Shown here: positions 13,605-27,496 of the stretch, piece after piece
How the letters are laid out: each line of letters starts with the position of its first letter
How positions within the stretch are numbered: position 1 is the stretch's first letter
Assembly: GCA_951406725.2 (NCBI GenBank)
Contig: OX597815.1
Coordinates: 21,824,001-21,888,000, forward strand
Direction of reading: 5' to 3'
DNA from: Octopus vulgaris
Lineage: Eukaryota
Length of the DNA: 64,000 nucleotides
The notes under the pieces: model-generated
What the model was told of the DNA's origin: nothing
The model's database searches: none
Seen by the model: the letters and a program-made list of their open reading frames with translations, nothing else
Made by a program: the position numbers and the translations under genes

Positions 13605-14227
13605 GAAAGCGAGGGAGATAAAGGGAGAGTAATGTCAAAGATAATGAGGAAAAAACATGAACATGTAGTACAAGCTAGTATTGAAATAGTGATAAGATTT
13701 ACAAATAATTTTGAAACGAAATTACATATATAAGAAATAGGTATGAAAAATTAAACGAAGGAAAAAAAACAATCAAAGAATTTTACACATGAAATAATTA
13801 TATAACAGTGAAAGGAAGGAGAAAAATACAACGTCAAAATGGATTTCTTTTGATGAGATGTTCAGCCGATACTTCTAAGGGGAGGTAATGCAGTTAGTAA
13901 ATTTAACACCAATGCATCACTTATTTGTTGCTGAAATCCATCCAAATGATAACTTACAAACAAAAAAAAAGAAAAAAACCAAAAGGATTAGTGGCAAAGT
14001 CGAGTCTAGCAAATAATGACAATCTTAAAGTGATATATTTATATCATTGTTTTCCCCCCCCGTTTCCGTAGTCACTTCCCTTTCCTATCTGTTTTCTCTG
14101 TTTTTTTCCCCTGTTTTATTAGATTTTTCTCTCTCCTCTTTGCATTCCTTTTCTTCTTTTCTTTATTTTCTCGCGAGCTTCCTTTTTCCTTCATAATTCC
14201 TTTTGCATTTCTCTCTATCATCCTTAT

Positions 14228-14516
14228 TTTCTTCTTCTTCTTCTTCTTCTTCTTCTTCTTCTTCTTCTTCTTCTTCTTCTTCTTCTTCTTCTTCTTCTTC
14301 TTCTTCTTCTTCTTCTTCTTTTGTTCTTGTTCTTCTTGTTCTTGTTCTTCTTGTTCTTCTCCTTCTTCTTCTTCTTCTTCTTCTTCTTCTTCTTCTTCTT
14401 CTTCTTCTTCTTCTTGTTCTTGTTCTTGTTCTTGTTCTTCTTGTTCTTGTTCTTGTTCTTCTTCTTCTTCTTCTTCTTCTTCTTCTTCTTCTTCTCCTTC
14501 TCCTTCTCCTTCTCCT

Positions 14517-14548
<32 letters not shown>

Positions 14549-15112
14549 TTCTTCTTCTTCTTCTCCTTCTTGTTCTTCTTGTTCTTGTTCTTGTTCTTCT
14601 TGTTGTTGTTCTTCTTCTTCTTCTTCTTCTTCTTCTTCTTCTTGTTCTTGTTCTTGTTCTTCTTCTTCTTCTTCTTCTTCTTCTTCTTCTTCTTCTTGTT
14701 CTTGTTCTTCTTGTTCTTGTTCTTCTTCTTCTTCTTCTTCTTCTTCTTCTTCTTCTTCTTGTTCTTCTTGTTCTTGTTCTTCTTGTTCTTGTTGTTCTTC
14801 TTCTTCTTCTTCTTCTTCTTCTTCTCCTTCTTCTTCTTCTTGTTCTTCTTCTCCTTCTCCTTCTTCTTCTTCTTCTTCTTCTTCTTCTCCTTCTTCTTCT
14901 TCTTGTTCTTCTTCTCCTTCTCCTTCTTCTTCTTCTTCTTCTTCTTCTTCTTCTTCTTCTTCTCCTTCTTCTTCTTCTTCTTCTTCTTCTTCTTCTTCTC
15001 CTTCTTGTTCTTCTTGTTCTTGTTCTTGTTCTTGTTCTTCTTGTTCTTGTTCTTCTCCTTCTCCTTCTCCTTCTTCTTCTTCTTCTTCTTCTTCTTCTTT
15101 CTTCTTCTTCTT

Positions 15113-15183
<71 letters not shown>

Positions 15184-15200
15184 GCTACTGCTGCTACTAC
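14228..15200 (+). repeat. ~890-bp (TTC)n array interrupted by TTG/CTC variants, followed by (CTA)n
   Basis: Seen directly; explains the 300+ aa homopolymer ORFs. Confidence 0.97.
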
Positions 15201-16127
15201 CGCCATACACACTCTCTCTGTTTACCAAGCTCCGTCTCTATTGATTGCTAGTATCTATTTACCAACTCATTAGTCAATCTATTTGCTAGTGAATATGTTT
15301 ACCAAGTGTATTCTTTAGTGAATTGATGTCACACTAAACAAAAGCCTTCTCAAAAGTCGAGTGTCATAGTAGTATTAGTTTAGCGTATGTAGCTTTTGAT
15401 ATAATGATAACTATTGAATTTATATATTCTGTTAGCATGCTGGAAAATTCTAGAAGTTTTTCAAAAAGCCTGTCTGCATAAAATATTTCATCTGCAACAG
15501 CAACACGTATTTGTGTGTATAAATAATCATATCATATATATAGCCTTCTGTTTAGCATGATAGGCGCGAGAGAGAACATCACTACTGAGTCATTCGATAT
15601 CCATAATGATATCTAATCTCACAGAGATCTCAGAGTTGTGAATGGGTCTAGCACCTTAAACACAAAGGCTAGAACATAGTCATAGAGTAAAGGAATGTTG
15701 GATTTAAAAATATTCAATTGTCAGAGGAGGACAAACGTTAACTGGGTGATGTACTGTAAAGAGGTTGAGTTCACAAATCGGTTTTAGAAGAGCTAAATCG
15801 TATATAATGATTGATGAACAACGTTGGAACAGAAACTAGTTCAGGAACTGACTGAGTCATATACACATGTGGTTACTGAAGATATGAAATTTCGACGAAG
15901 AAAGTGGGCAAGTCGGATTTCGTCTCCAGTTGGAGATATTCGCTTTAGTAATGCTCTAGGAAAAAAGTACCATTACCGTCTTGAAAACATTTTTGTGTTC
16001 TTATCATCTTACATAAGTAAGATGATTAACATACATTTCAGATGATACTAAGTGGTGTGCATAGATGTGTGTTTATTTAAATATTAAAATTTACACAAGT
16101 TGTTTCTATAATGGAATGCTGAATATA

Positions 16128-16545
16128 GGCGCAGGAGTGGCTGTGGTAAGTAGCTTGTTTACCAACCACATGGTTCCGGGTTCAGTCCCACTGCGTGGCA
16201 CCTTGGTCAAGTGTCTTCGACTATAGCCTCGGGCCGAACAAAGCCTTGTGAGTGGATTTGGTAGATGGAAACTGAAAGAAGCCCGTCGTGTATATGTTTA
16301 TATGTGTGTGTGTGTGTGCGTGTGTGTTTGTGTGTCTGTGCTTGTCCCCCTAGCATTGCTTGACAACCGATGCTGGTGTGTTTATGTCCCCGTCACTTAG
16401 CGGTTCGGCAAAAGAGACCGATAGAATAAGTACTGGGCTTACAAAGAATAAGTCCCGGGGTCGAGTTGCTCGATTAAAGGCGGTGCTCCAGCATGGCCGC
16501 AGTCAAATGACTGAAACAAGTAAAAGAGTAAAAGAGTAAAAGAGT
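16128..16545 (+). mobile_element. SINE family B (tRNA head, CORE-like ccttggtcaagt, internal microsatellite, (AAAAGAGT)n tail) with a 31-bp TSD
   Basis: TSD aagttgtttctataatggaatgc(t/a)gaatata at 16097-16127 and 16546-16576. Confidence 0.92.
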
Positions 16546-17336
16546 AAGTTGTTTCTATAATGGAATGCAGAATATAATAGTCGGTGAATCTCAATGTACT
16601 GTTTAACAATGTCTGATGGGATGTTAACCTTTACAACGACACGTTGGTGAGTAGTGTAGAGCGCCAATCTTTGGGTATTTAGTTTTATTAGTATTTGGTT
16701 TCGGCCTTCATGCTTTATATTCCTCTCTCCAGCAAGTATTGACTTATAACTATTGAAAAGCGATTAATAGCTGCCTCATCTAAAGTATATAACTGAAATC
16801 GGAGATGCTATATATATATAACAGTTAGCTTGTGATTATTTAAAGGGAATTAATATGTATTTAATCAAGGGTATTTTATATATACACAGCAAAGACAACA
16901 TATAAAATTTGAGATGTTTTTACTTTATCAAGAATCTAAGATGTATGTTTGAGATATAATGAGGAAGTGTACTATTTACAAAGCAATTGTTTTATTTTTC
17001 AGACTAGGAATCTCATTTTACTACTTACTGTTCAATGATTTTGCTACTGTTCAATGATCAACATTTTCTGCAGAACTCTGCATCGGACACATTATTTTAT
17101 TTATGGACAACATATGGATATCTATCGATCAAATCTGAAAAATTATATCATTTAGTTGTTAAGATGTATATGTAATATATCGGGCGTGTATCAGAATATA
17201 TTAGTGATGAGAATGGCATTTAGAATGGCATTCTAACAGTGGCGTGATGTGTATGCAAGTGTGTCGGGATAATGCGATATGTGAGTAGTGTTTATAGACG
17301 GTTTTATGTTAGGGTGATATATTATAATGAAGCACT

Positions 17337-17648
17337 GTTGCTGTTTTTTAACCTCTAGGTTAGCTTGAAGGTGTTTTAGCAACGACGATTCTCTATTAGA
17401 GAGTATTTACTCTCTGATAGAGACTGGTCATTGCTAAAACACCTTTTTAACCTCTAGGTTAGCTTGAAGGTGACGATTCTCTATTAGAGAGTATTTACTC
17501 TCTGATAGAGACTGGTCGTTGCTAAAACACCTTTTTAACCTCTAGGTTAGCTTGAAGGTGTTTTAGCAATGACGATTCTCTATCAGAGAGTACATACTCT
17601 CTGACAGAGACTACCTTCAAGCTAACCTAGAGGTTAAAAAACAGCAAC
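17337..17648. mobile_element. Palindromic MITE-like element with three internal tandem hairpin units
   Basis: TIR gttgctgttttttaacctctaggttagcttgaagg / ccttcaagctaacctagaggttaaaaaacagcaac; internal unit tctctattagagagta-ttt-actctctgatagaga x3. Confidence 0.8.
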
Positions 17649-18114
17649 GTTCAATGTATATATTTCTTTTTGTCTTTTTAGGGCAGTAGAATGTGATTTG
17701 AAGGAGAATTAGTAGATATTTCTAATAGGTCCAAGGCCAAAGTAAAAGCTCCCTGTAACTGACGGAGGAGAGTATCAGTGAGGTGTGCTATGTATATAGC
17801 ATATATAGGGTGGTGCTTTATAAACAGTGGAAGGACGGGTAGTTCACATTTTGGGATGGGAGTCAATTTACAGAAAGTAAAAGGTTTGTTGAAAGAAAAA
17901 TGGTCGCCACGACTATACACGATGCTCCACCGTAGGTAATAATCTGGGACAGGTCAAAATCCAGCAGTGTTAGACATTAAGAGCACTACATTAATTGAAT
18001 AGGGGAGGAACAAACTTCGTGTCTCACCACCATAAGGATTAATAGTTAGCTATATATTCTAATGTTTTATTAGTAGCAGCAGGTGTCAGAATCGGTAAAA
18101 AATTACTCTCAATA

Positions 18115-18276
18115 CGCGCAGGAGTGGCTGTGTGGTACGTAGCTTGCTTAACAACCACATAGCCCTGGGTTCGGTCCCACTGCGTGGCACCTTGGGCAAG
18201 TGTCTTCTATTATAGGTTCCGGCCGACCAAAGCCTTGTGAGTGGATTTGGTAGACGGAAACTGGAAGAAGCCCGTC

Positions 18277-18345
<69 letters not shown>

Positions 18346-18570
18346 TGTGTGTGTATATGTTTGTATGTCTGTTTGTCCCACCCAACATCGCTTGACAACC
18401 GACGTTGGTGTGTTTACGTCCCCGTAACTTAGCGGTTCGGTAAAAGGGACCGATAGAATAAGTACTAGGCTTACAAAGAATAAGACCTGGGGTCGATTTT
18501 CTCGACTAAAGGCGGTGCTCCAGCATGGCCGCAGTCAAATGACTCAAACAAGTAAAATAGTAAAAGAGTA
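18115..18570 (+). mobile_element. SINE family B, full length
   Basis: Colinear with 16128-16545, with an expanded internal (TA)n. Confidence 0.92.
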
Positions 18571-19133
18571 ATATTTAGTTATGCCTCTTTATGTTCTAAT
18601 TTCAAATCTCATTCAGATCAGCTTTGCCTTTCATCCTTTCAAGGCTGAAAAATTATCTCCTGATTCGGTGAAACAAATATCAGTCAATACTGGGTTGATC
18701 ATATTGATACTTATAACATCCTGAAATTGAATATTTATTTATTTCGTATTATTTGCATAGTTACATTTATAGAATCTTCGACGCTTTTTTTCATTTATCC
18801 GGAAGTAACGCCTCATCATCTCCAAACCTTCTTTTAACTATAGTTAGCCGAGTAAACAGTATTATAACGAGTAAATAATTGGCAAGTAAACAGTTGTTAG
18901 ACGATTAAAAAATAAATAGTTTCATTCCATGAGTTGTGTTAATCGATTAAATATGTGCTCTGCGCTAAAATGCAACAGTGACGACTGTTGTGATCGTTTA
19001 AATATGATCATTTACTTCTTCAAGATGATTTATCCGGAAACATTCCATTTATCAGATTGTGACGTCGTATTTGAATGCATCGCACATTAATGTGAAAGTG
19101 TGTATGGCAATGCCTAAACCTCGAGTTCACGAA

Positions 19134-19168
<35 letters not shown>

Positions 19169-19169
<1 letters not shown>

Positions 19170-19413
19170 TGGAGTGAGCAAATAAATGTGAAACAAGGTG
19201 GAAAAAAGAGTACTCAAATACCAGAGGTAGAATAATGTGCTTTATTTAAAAGCAGCAGAAGTATAGCAAAAGCTGTTACTCAGAGTTTCACGTTCCCGTT
19301 CGTCGGAAAGGTTTTGTTGAATTTCTGCTGCTTTTAAATAAAGCATATTACTCTACCCTTGGTATTTGAGTACTCTTTTTCCACTTTGTTTCACATTTAT
19401 GTGTTTACTCCGG
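19169..19413 (-). mobile_element. 245-bp fold-back element inside (TA)n with a central hammerhead-like ribozyme
   Basis: Arms 19169-19260 and 19323-19413 are near reverse complements; (TA)n lies on both sides. Confidence 0.85.
19266..19317 (-). ncRNA. Minimal type I hammerhead ribozyme motif, U4C variant
   Basis: Minus: acaaaaccttt-CCGACGA-ACG-ggaa-CGT-GAAAC-tctga-GTA-acagcttttgc. Stems II and III can form; stem I is imperfect. Confidence 0.7.
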
Positions 19414-19434
19414 TATATATATATATATATATAT

Positions 19435-19474
<40 letters not shown>

Positions 19475-19571
19475 ACATGCATGCATACATACATATAGAC
19501 AGACATACTCACATACGCACACACACATACATACATACATACATACATACATACATACATACATACATACA

Positions 19572-19604
<33 letters not shown>

Positions 19605-20195
19605 CGAGTGTTCTTATGAAAAGGTATGTATATAGATGGAACATTTTGCATGTATGCATGTATGTTACTATATGAGGGAGATGGTTAAAGAAACATGCAT
19701 ATGTAAGGGTTTATATTTGCTTAGGTGTTTTCTTGAATGCACCCGTGAGTATGTAACTGTGTAGTGTACATATATGCATACACACGCACACGCGCACACA
19801 CATACATACACGCACACACACACACGTACAAACACACATACGTGGGCGTGTGTGTGTGTGTGTGTATGTGTGTGCATATATATATTTGAAATTGATTATA
19901 CTTATAAAGCAATGTGTATAAGAGAACGTAAATGGGAGATTGTAATTATATGTAAGGGTATTTGAAACCATATATAAATATTCATGCACTTTTGTTTATA
20001 TGCATGCATCTATGCATATACATACATATATATGGTTAATCCTAACATGAACAAAGAGAAAACACAACAACGCGAGGACGTGGAACAAGTATAGTGTTAT
20101 TGGACGCTCAGGAAAGGAAAGAAAGAAGGAAGAAAGGTCCAAGGAAGGGAAGACGGACAAAGAAAATCGCCAACGATACACACGCGGTCACATAT

Positions 20196-20230
<35 letters not shown>

Positions 20231-20451
20231 AATGTATGCTCTAACTATACACACATCTAATATATCTAAACACTCACCACTACCTATCTATCCCTATTTC
20301 TCTCTCTCCCTCCCTCCCTCTCTCCATCCATCAATCAATTCATCCAACGATACTTTCTCTTCATAAAACAGGTTCATATTCAGTAATAATACTCCGAGTA
20401 CATTATTTATGAGGCTTTGCTGAAGAAACCAGAAAACCACTCAGTTTATAA

Positions 20452-21670
20452 ACGAGGGTGGGCTGAAAATTTCATTGGCTGACTATGACGGAATGATGCT
20501 AGAACTGTGAAATCTTGCAGGCATTCATTTCAACTTTACTTATTAATAGCTGCCTTGTGTCTTTCCAGATAAAGTAACAGAGACGTCAAAAGTGACTAGT
20601 AGAGTATTCTCTTGAAAACGGTGTTATCAAGTATCTCCGAGAAAGGGTTTAGCTCCTATCCCTAACAACATTCATACTGACACGGTTACTACGTTAGGTG
20701 ATGACGCTCCAGCTTTATCAACAGTGAATTCAGGAGTCGCTGAATTTTGGATGGGAGAGTGTCGAAGATGATTCACGGTCAGGACGTCCTGCATCTGCCA
20801 CCATCGAGGAAAACATTGATCGTGTTCATCACAAGCTGATGGACGACAGGCGATTGACTATAAATCAAATAACCAATGATTTTTAATTTATCCGGTGAAT
20901 GATATGAGAATATTCTACGTAATGAACTTGGCATGATGAAGGTTTCTGCTCGGCGGGCGCCAGTTCTGATCACCAGTCTGATCACCTCACGAGAAAATCT
21001 GTTTGTGGCAGGTTCAGCTGGTTTCCTTAAACGTTTCCTAAAGCAGGATGAGTGTTGAACCAGAGACAAAGAGACAATCCATACAGCAGAAACACCCCTC
21101 GTCACCTGCTCTAATGAAGGCCAACGTCTTTTCATCTGCAGAGGAGGTAACAGCCTCAGTTTTTTGAGGTGCAGAAGGCATTATTTATTGACTATCTTCG
21201 AAAGGCCCATACCATCAATGGAGAGTACTATACTAACCTACTGAGGCAGTTACGAAAGGCTCTCAAGACCAAACATTCAGGAAAATTGACGAAAGAGGCT
21301 TCGTTTCATCTGGACAATGCTCCAGCTCACAAGTCCTTGGTTTCTGTGGCTGTTGTACCTGTCTGTTGCTTTGAAGTGGTTGATGACCCACCCTATTCTC
21401 ATGGCCGCATTTGACTATCATCTGTTCCCCAAAATGAGAAAATATTTGGCTGGAAACTAGTGTCGCAGTGATGATGACGTCATATCTGCTGTTGGTGACT
21501 TATTCGACCAACAGGATGAAAGGTTCTTTACCAATGGATCCAAGTACTGCAACACCGATGGAAGCAAGTGTATGGACCGCAAGCTGGATTATGTTGAAAA
21601 ATAAATCTTATTTGGTTAGGATCTATGAGAGTATCTTGGTCAGCCTATAAAATTTTCAGCTGACCCCCGT
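20452..21670 (+). mobile_element. Near full-length decayed mariner transposon (~1.22 kb) with a transposase pseudogene
   Basis: TIRs acgagggtgggctgaaaatttcattggctgac / gtcagcctataaaattttcagctgacccccgt; HTINGEYYTNLLRQLRKAL, HLDNAPAHKS, PPYS..DYHLFPKM; many stops and frameshifts. Confidence 0.93.
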
Positions 21671-23994
21671 GTTACAAACAACACGCGCGACTAGTGTTCT
21701 GTTTCTTTGTACAATTTTATTTCATGCTAGAAAAATTTGTATCAAGGTGATTCCAGTATATTACAGGTACTCATCTCTTTTTAAGTTTGGAGGATGGAAA
21801 ACAAAAAAATAATAACTGTATCGATTTTTTTCAGGAGCATATGATCCCCGATTCATTGCAAAGTAGCAATGAAATTGATAGCATTCATACTTTTCAAAGT
21901 GCATATCTGTGATGTCATTGAAAGGAAATGGATATAATTAGGAATTGAAACCGGGAAACTAAGTTACAAATACAGTTCACGAGGAGATTATGTTTAATGG
22001 TGTCTAGCTCTGAACTATTTTTAGCTTTCCTTTTATTTTTACTAATGAGATGGTCAAGCGGATATGTATTGATTTATCTCCCATTTCACAGGAATTGTGT
22101 TGAAACCATCTGTTGGCTTTTTACTGTAATATTTTGATAGAACAGTTAATCCTAGGTGCCTCACTTCTCGTAGCGGTTAGTAATATGTACCAAATCATCG
22201 GGGAAATTTAACAACGACACACAGACTTCAAATCTACGAATGATTTATCTCTAATTCTCTTATTGACACATGATCTTAATAGTCTTCTGAGACTCAGGGG
22301 AGAATTTAATTTTTTGAAATTTACATAAAATTCAACTGTAATATATGTATAGTGACAATTCAAGGGATAAAATATATTTTACCGCTTCAAAGAATACGGC
22401 ATTGAAAATAACAACAAATTATAAAGATATTTATGAAATATTGATTAGCCAAGTGATTGATTGTCTTAATAATTCCGACAGGAATCGTCAGCGGGCAGTT
22501 TTTATCGTGGATAATAACATTACTCGTCTTAAACAGCGTTTGTTCTGTATTGTATATGAGGTCGTTGTGAGCTAAAATAATACTCGTAAAGTACACTGAT
22601 ACTCTTACTTCTTAGTGATGTGAATTATACCTGATTGACAACGGTACCTGTTGACATTTAGAGAACAGCAGTCATTGAGAAGATGTGTTGTTTTTATTTA
22701 GCCCCACCTCAACCTGATTGAGTAGGCATATGATGAAAGGTGTTACAACATGATCATCCCATTTTTTCTTTACTAGCCATAGCATACCCCGAGTGCATAG
22801 AATACATTGCACCTCCACTTTTTTTTAAAGGCGGTAGTTTGAGATTTGAGGAACTTTTGGCTGTTATATCTAACGGATAGAACAGTAGCGAAAAGGTGCT
22901 CTCGCTGGCCAGCCAACATAAATATTTCATATAAAAGCTACCAGTCTGACGGCCTGCTGTTTTGGCTTTTGTCACCTACCACATGGAGCTTGTACATATA
23001 TTTTGGCGAGCAAAACTGAAGCTTTTCTCAAAAGAGTCACTGACGTAAGTGAAGGTACAAGGTCACCACCGGGGATCGATTATCACAATATTAAATAAGC
23101 TAAATTTCGAAAAAGCCGACGTCTCATCCCAATTCTAGCTGTCACAACAGTTTGGTTGATTGACGTTTATTCCAATTCTGTGGTACACTATCTCAGCAAG
23201 ACATTATTACAAGACAGTACAGCATTACCGGCTATTTACCCTTCCAGCTATTAGAGAAGAAAGAAGACGTAGAATATTAGAAGGTGAGAATGTGAGGAGG
23301 CATGAAGGAGAGTAAAACGGAGAGTGAAAAAAGGGAAGGTTCTAGAAAGAGAATGATAAATGGGCAATGAAGGAGAAAGTGAAAGAAAACGGGAGGGAAA
23401 TGAAGGGAGATATGAAAAAGGAGAAAGGAGAGGAAAACAGGAAAAGGACAGAAAGATTGAGAGTAAGAAAACACTGGGTATTGAGAGAAGGAAGATGAAG
23501 ACGAATTTATGAAGAAAGAAGTGAAAAGAAAGTAAGGAAGAGAGTGGAAGTAGAAAAGTCGAGAGTAAGAAAGAACGAGGCAAGACTAGGAAGAGATCGA
23601 GTTGTTGAATAGAAAGAAGTGAACGAACGAGAGTAAATCATGGAAATCTTGGGGAGGAGTCAGAACGGAGGATAATAAAAATTGTGATGGAAAATGATAG
23701 AGAAAAGTACAATGAAAGAAGATGGGGTAGAGCAGGGTGGTGAAGGTATGACGATGAAACTGTGAGTATTTGTGTGCATGTATATATATATATATGTATG
23801 TGTGAGTGACAGGGAATAGGAGAGAGAGAGGGAGAGAAAGGAGAGTGAAGAGAGAAAGGAGAGTGGAGAGAGAGGTGAGAGAAATAAATGAAACGGGAGA
23901 AAATACAAATGATTCAGCAACAAATATTTACAAACTCACACGCGCATACACATACTCGCACACATACTCATCAGTGTGTATGTGTGTATGAGTA

Positions 23995-24048
<54 letters not shown>

Positions 24049-24133
24049 TATATATATATATATGTATATATATATGTATATATATATATATATTTTTATA
24101 TATACACATATATATATATACATATATATATGC

Positions 24134-24192
<59 letters not shown>

Positions 24193-24870
24193 TAGATAGA
24201 TAGATAGATAGATATATAGAGGGAGAGAGAGAGAGAGAGACAGATACATGTGCAAGAAAGAGAGAGAAAGAGAGAGGAGAGAGGGAGAAAAAGAAAGGGA
24301 GAGAGAGAAGGAGACATTGAGAAAGAGTAAGAGCGAGTGAACGAACATGTATGTGTGTGTGAGGGGTAGAGAGAGAGAGAGAGAGAGAAAGAGAAAGAGA
24401 GAGAGAGAGAAAGAGAAAGAGAGAGAGAGAGAGAGAGACAGATGATAAAAGAGACAAACAGCAATAATGAGCGAGAGAAAAAGGTTCCCAGCGTAACTGA
24501 TGTCCTGGGACAGAAGAAAAATAACAGCAGGCAACAACACAAGCTTTATCTTGCTTCCGGGTCGATTCTTCACATCTCCGACAACTGTAATAGCACTACG
24601 CCTTGTTACTTTCTGCTGAATAGTAGCTTCTTTATCTTTCGCTCTTTCTTTCATTCTCTTCATCAGGCTTCTTTTAATTAATTTAAAATCTCTATCCCCC
24701 TTCTCTCCCTCTGTTCCTCTCTGTTCAGTGTATGTGTGTGTGTGTTTGCCTGCGAGCGTATGCGTGTATTATAAATATATGTATATATATATGTGTGTGT
24801 ATATATACAATATATGCATGCATGTATGCATTTATAATATGCTTATATCTATATTATATATTACATATAT

Positions 24871-24948
24871 GGGGGTCGATTTGCTCGACTAAAGGCGGTG
24901 CTCCAGCATGGCCGCAGTCAAATGACTGAAACATTAAAGAGTAAAAGA

Positions 24949-24950
<2 letters not shown>
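24871..24950 (+). mobile_element. SINE family B 3' fragment
   Basis: ggggtcgatttgctcgactaaaggcggtgctccagcatggccgcagtcaaatgactgaaac. Confidence 0.85.
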
Positions 24951-24996
<46 letters not shown>

Positions 24997-25057
24997 GTAT
25001 ATATATATATACGCACTCACACATATATCTATGTATATAACATACACACATACATAG

Positions 25058-25118
<61 letters not shown>

Positions 25119-25434
25119 ACACATACATTATTTCGATCAAGCAAGCAGCGGGCTATTTATTTGTCGATCTACCTATTGGTCACGGTTGGCAGTGAGATGA
25201 TAGCCTACTATGTAGGATGGCATCATAGGTAATTACCCACCATTGACCAATATCTACCGAATTTACTTTCTCAAGCCTTCACGGTTAATTTGTAGATGGT
25301 CCCGGACCAGTGTGATGCCATTCAGTAACAGGAATACGAAGCAAGCTATATACCTAGCTGGCTATCCAGCAACGTAACTATCTTGCTATGTAGCGATAAA
25401 CATCTTTAATTCAAAAATTCTTCTCTCCTCTCCC

Positions 25435-25485
<51 letters not shown>

Positions 25486-26160
25486 TTCTCGTTTCCCGTT
25501 CGTCTCTTTTACACACACCACTTACACACACATATGCATACACACACACATAGCTACCTTTCTGGCAATGGTCAGATAGCGAACTAGGGAGAGGTATGTT
25601 AACAGAGAGGGAGTTTGGTTTGTAGGCGGGTCGATCCGACCGTAAATTGGCTATATGCTACCTGGGTTGCATAGTATAGATACCTATATGAATATTCATA
25701 TTAATTAACTTATCCCTTTACACATTCATCCATCCTTTTCCCACACCCCACCCCCACCTATTGATTAATGTAGTTTAGTCCAATTATTATCACCCATGCT
25801 TTTGCATTTTAATACTCAGCAATACACCACCCTAACAAAACTTTACCTCCCTCCCTAATCACCATTACCCCCTCCCTATCTCCTTCCATCCCTCTGTTCA
25901 TCCTACCTATCTACCTACCCACCTACCTACCTACATACCTACCTACCTACCTACCTACCTCACAACTTACCTGTCTAATTACCTACCTATCTGCCTTCGT
26001 TCCTTCGTTTTCTACCTATCTACTTTTCTTCCTCTCAACATACCAACGTATCTAGTTCCCTATTTAAAAAATACACACACACACAAATTCAAACATATAT
26101 TCAAATATGAATATACATACATTTACATACTTAGGTATACATCTGTATTTTAGATGAGTC

Positions 26161-26165
26161 ATCTG

Positions 26166-26248
<83 letters not shown>

Positions 26249-26269
26249 GTCAGTGTGTCTGTGTGTCTG

Positions 26270-26345
<76 letters not shown>

Positions 26346-26366
26346 CCTACCTACCTACCTACCTAC

Positions 26367-26444
<78 letters not shown>

Positions 26445-26445
26445 C
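26161..26445 (+). repeat. (ATCT)n/(ACCT)n microsatellite
   Basis: Seen directly. Confidence 0.95.
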
Positions 26446-26943
26446 ATGTCCACTGTTGTGGTAGACGGATGGACTTACAGTAACAACTCTAACAGTATTC
26501 AATATATATAAATATTTCAATATCGGCATAAATTACAGTCTTAAGATATAGACAACCATCCACTTGAAGTGTAGGACTGTTGGAATAACTCCAGGCATTA
26601 AATTAACAACAGTAAACTACACTGTTCAACAATAGTGCTACAATTTTATAGATTGCAATATCTCAAGTCTGACACACCTCGATATTGCTTCTAGCTCAGG
26701 GCTGTAGAATACAGAATTTGTAAAGCCCCGTGCGAAATGCATTTTTTGATATTAAGTTACTTCCCTTTACGAACCGAGTTCAAATCCTGCCAGAAACGTC
26801 TTCGCTAGTCATCTATCTTGAGATCGATAAGTAATGTCAATTAAATACTCGGTTCGAATGATTCGACTGTTTCCGGCCCCTAACCCACAATTTTTGGCCT
26901 TGTGCTAATACGAAGATGCGATATTTTATCTATTTATATCTCA

Positions 26944-27328
26944 CTAGCAGTATCGCCCGGCGTTGCTCGGGTTTGTAAAGGAAATAACTATATAAGCATT
27001 TTCAGAGAGTTATAGCCAAAAAATAGCAAAAAAATGCATTCAAAATGGAAAAAAATTATGGTAAATTTTTTTAAAAATCGTTGACTCATCGTAGACATTT
27101 TTAGAGAGTTACTTCCCTTATATAATAGCGAAAAAAATGCATTAAAATGGAAAAAACTATGGTAATTTGTTTTTAAATCGTAGACGCGCGCTAATACCCA
27201 GAAGGGCTCGATATGAATCACGACTATAAGATACCCGGTTTTGGTTAAACTGCATCGCAAAATGTGGGAGTAGTTAGGAATCTAAATCGTAGGAGACAGA
27301 CACACAACTTCACTTTTATATATAAAGA
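26944..27328 (-). mobile_element. Non-autonomous Helitron
   Basis: Minus: A|TCTTTATATATAAAAG ... subterminal hairpin CCCGAGCAACGCCGGG ... CTAG|T; no TSD; homologous to 39951-40347. Confidence 0.9.
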
Positions 27329-27496
27329 TTAACTCGCTTACAACAACAACAATAACAGCGACATTAATAGCAGTATTGATATAAAAATAACTGCCACCAG
27401 CTCATCCGTCGAAGGATTCAACCAGCCAATTGCCCAACCAAACAACCAACCAAGTTACTCAGTAGTATCATGACCAATACTGTAATCCAACACGAT

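Noticed and set aside
14163-15273. ORFs of 307-356 aa
   Set aside because: Translations of a stop-free trinucleotide repeat in several frames on both strands
20025-20195. Short segment between TA-rich tracts, possibly a pLTR remnant
   Set aside because: No HHR core and no second copy in the window
25187-25208. miR-34-like seed TGGCAGTG
   Set aside because: The remainder does not match miR-34 and there is no clean pre-miRNA stem
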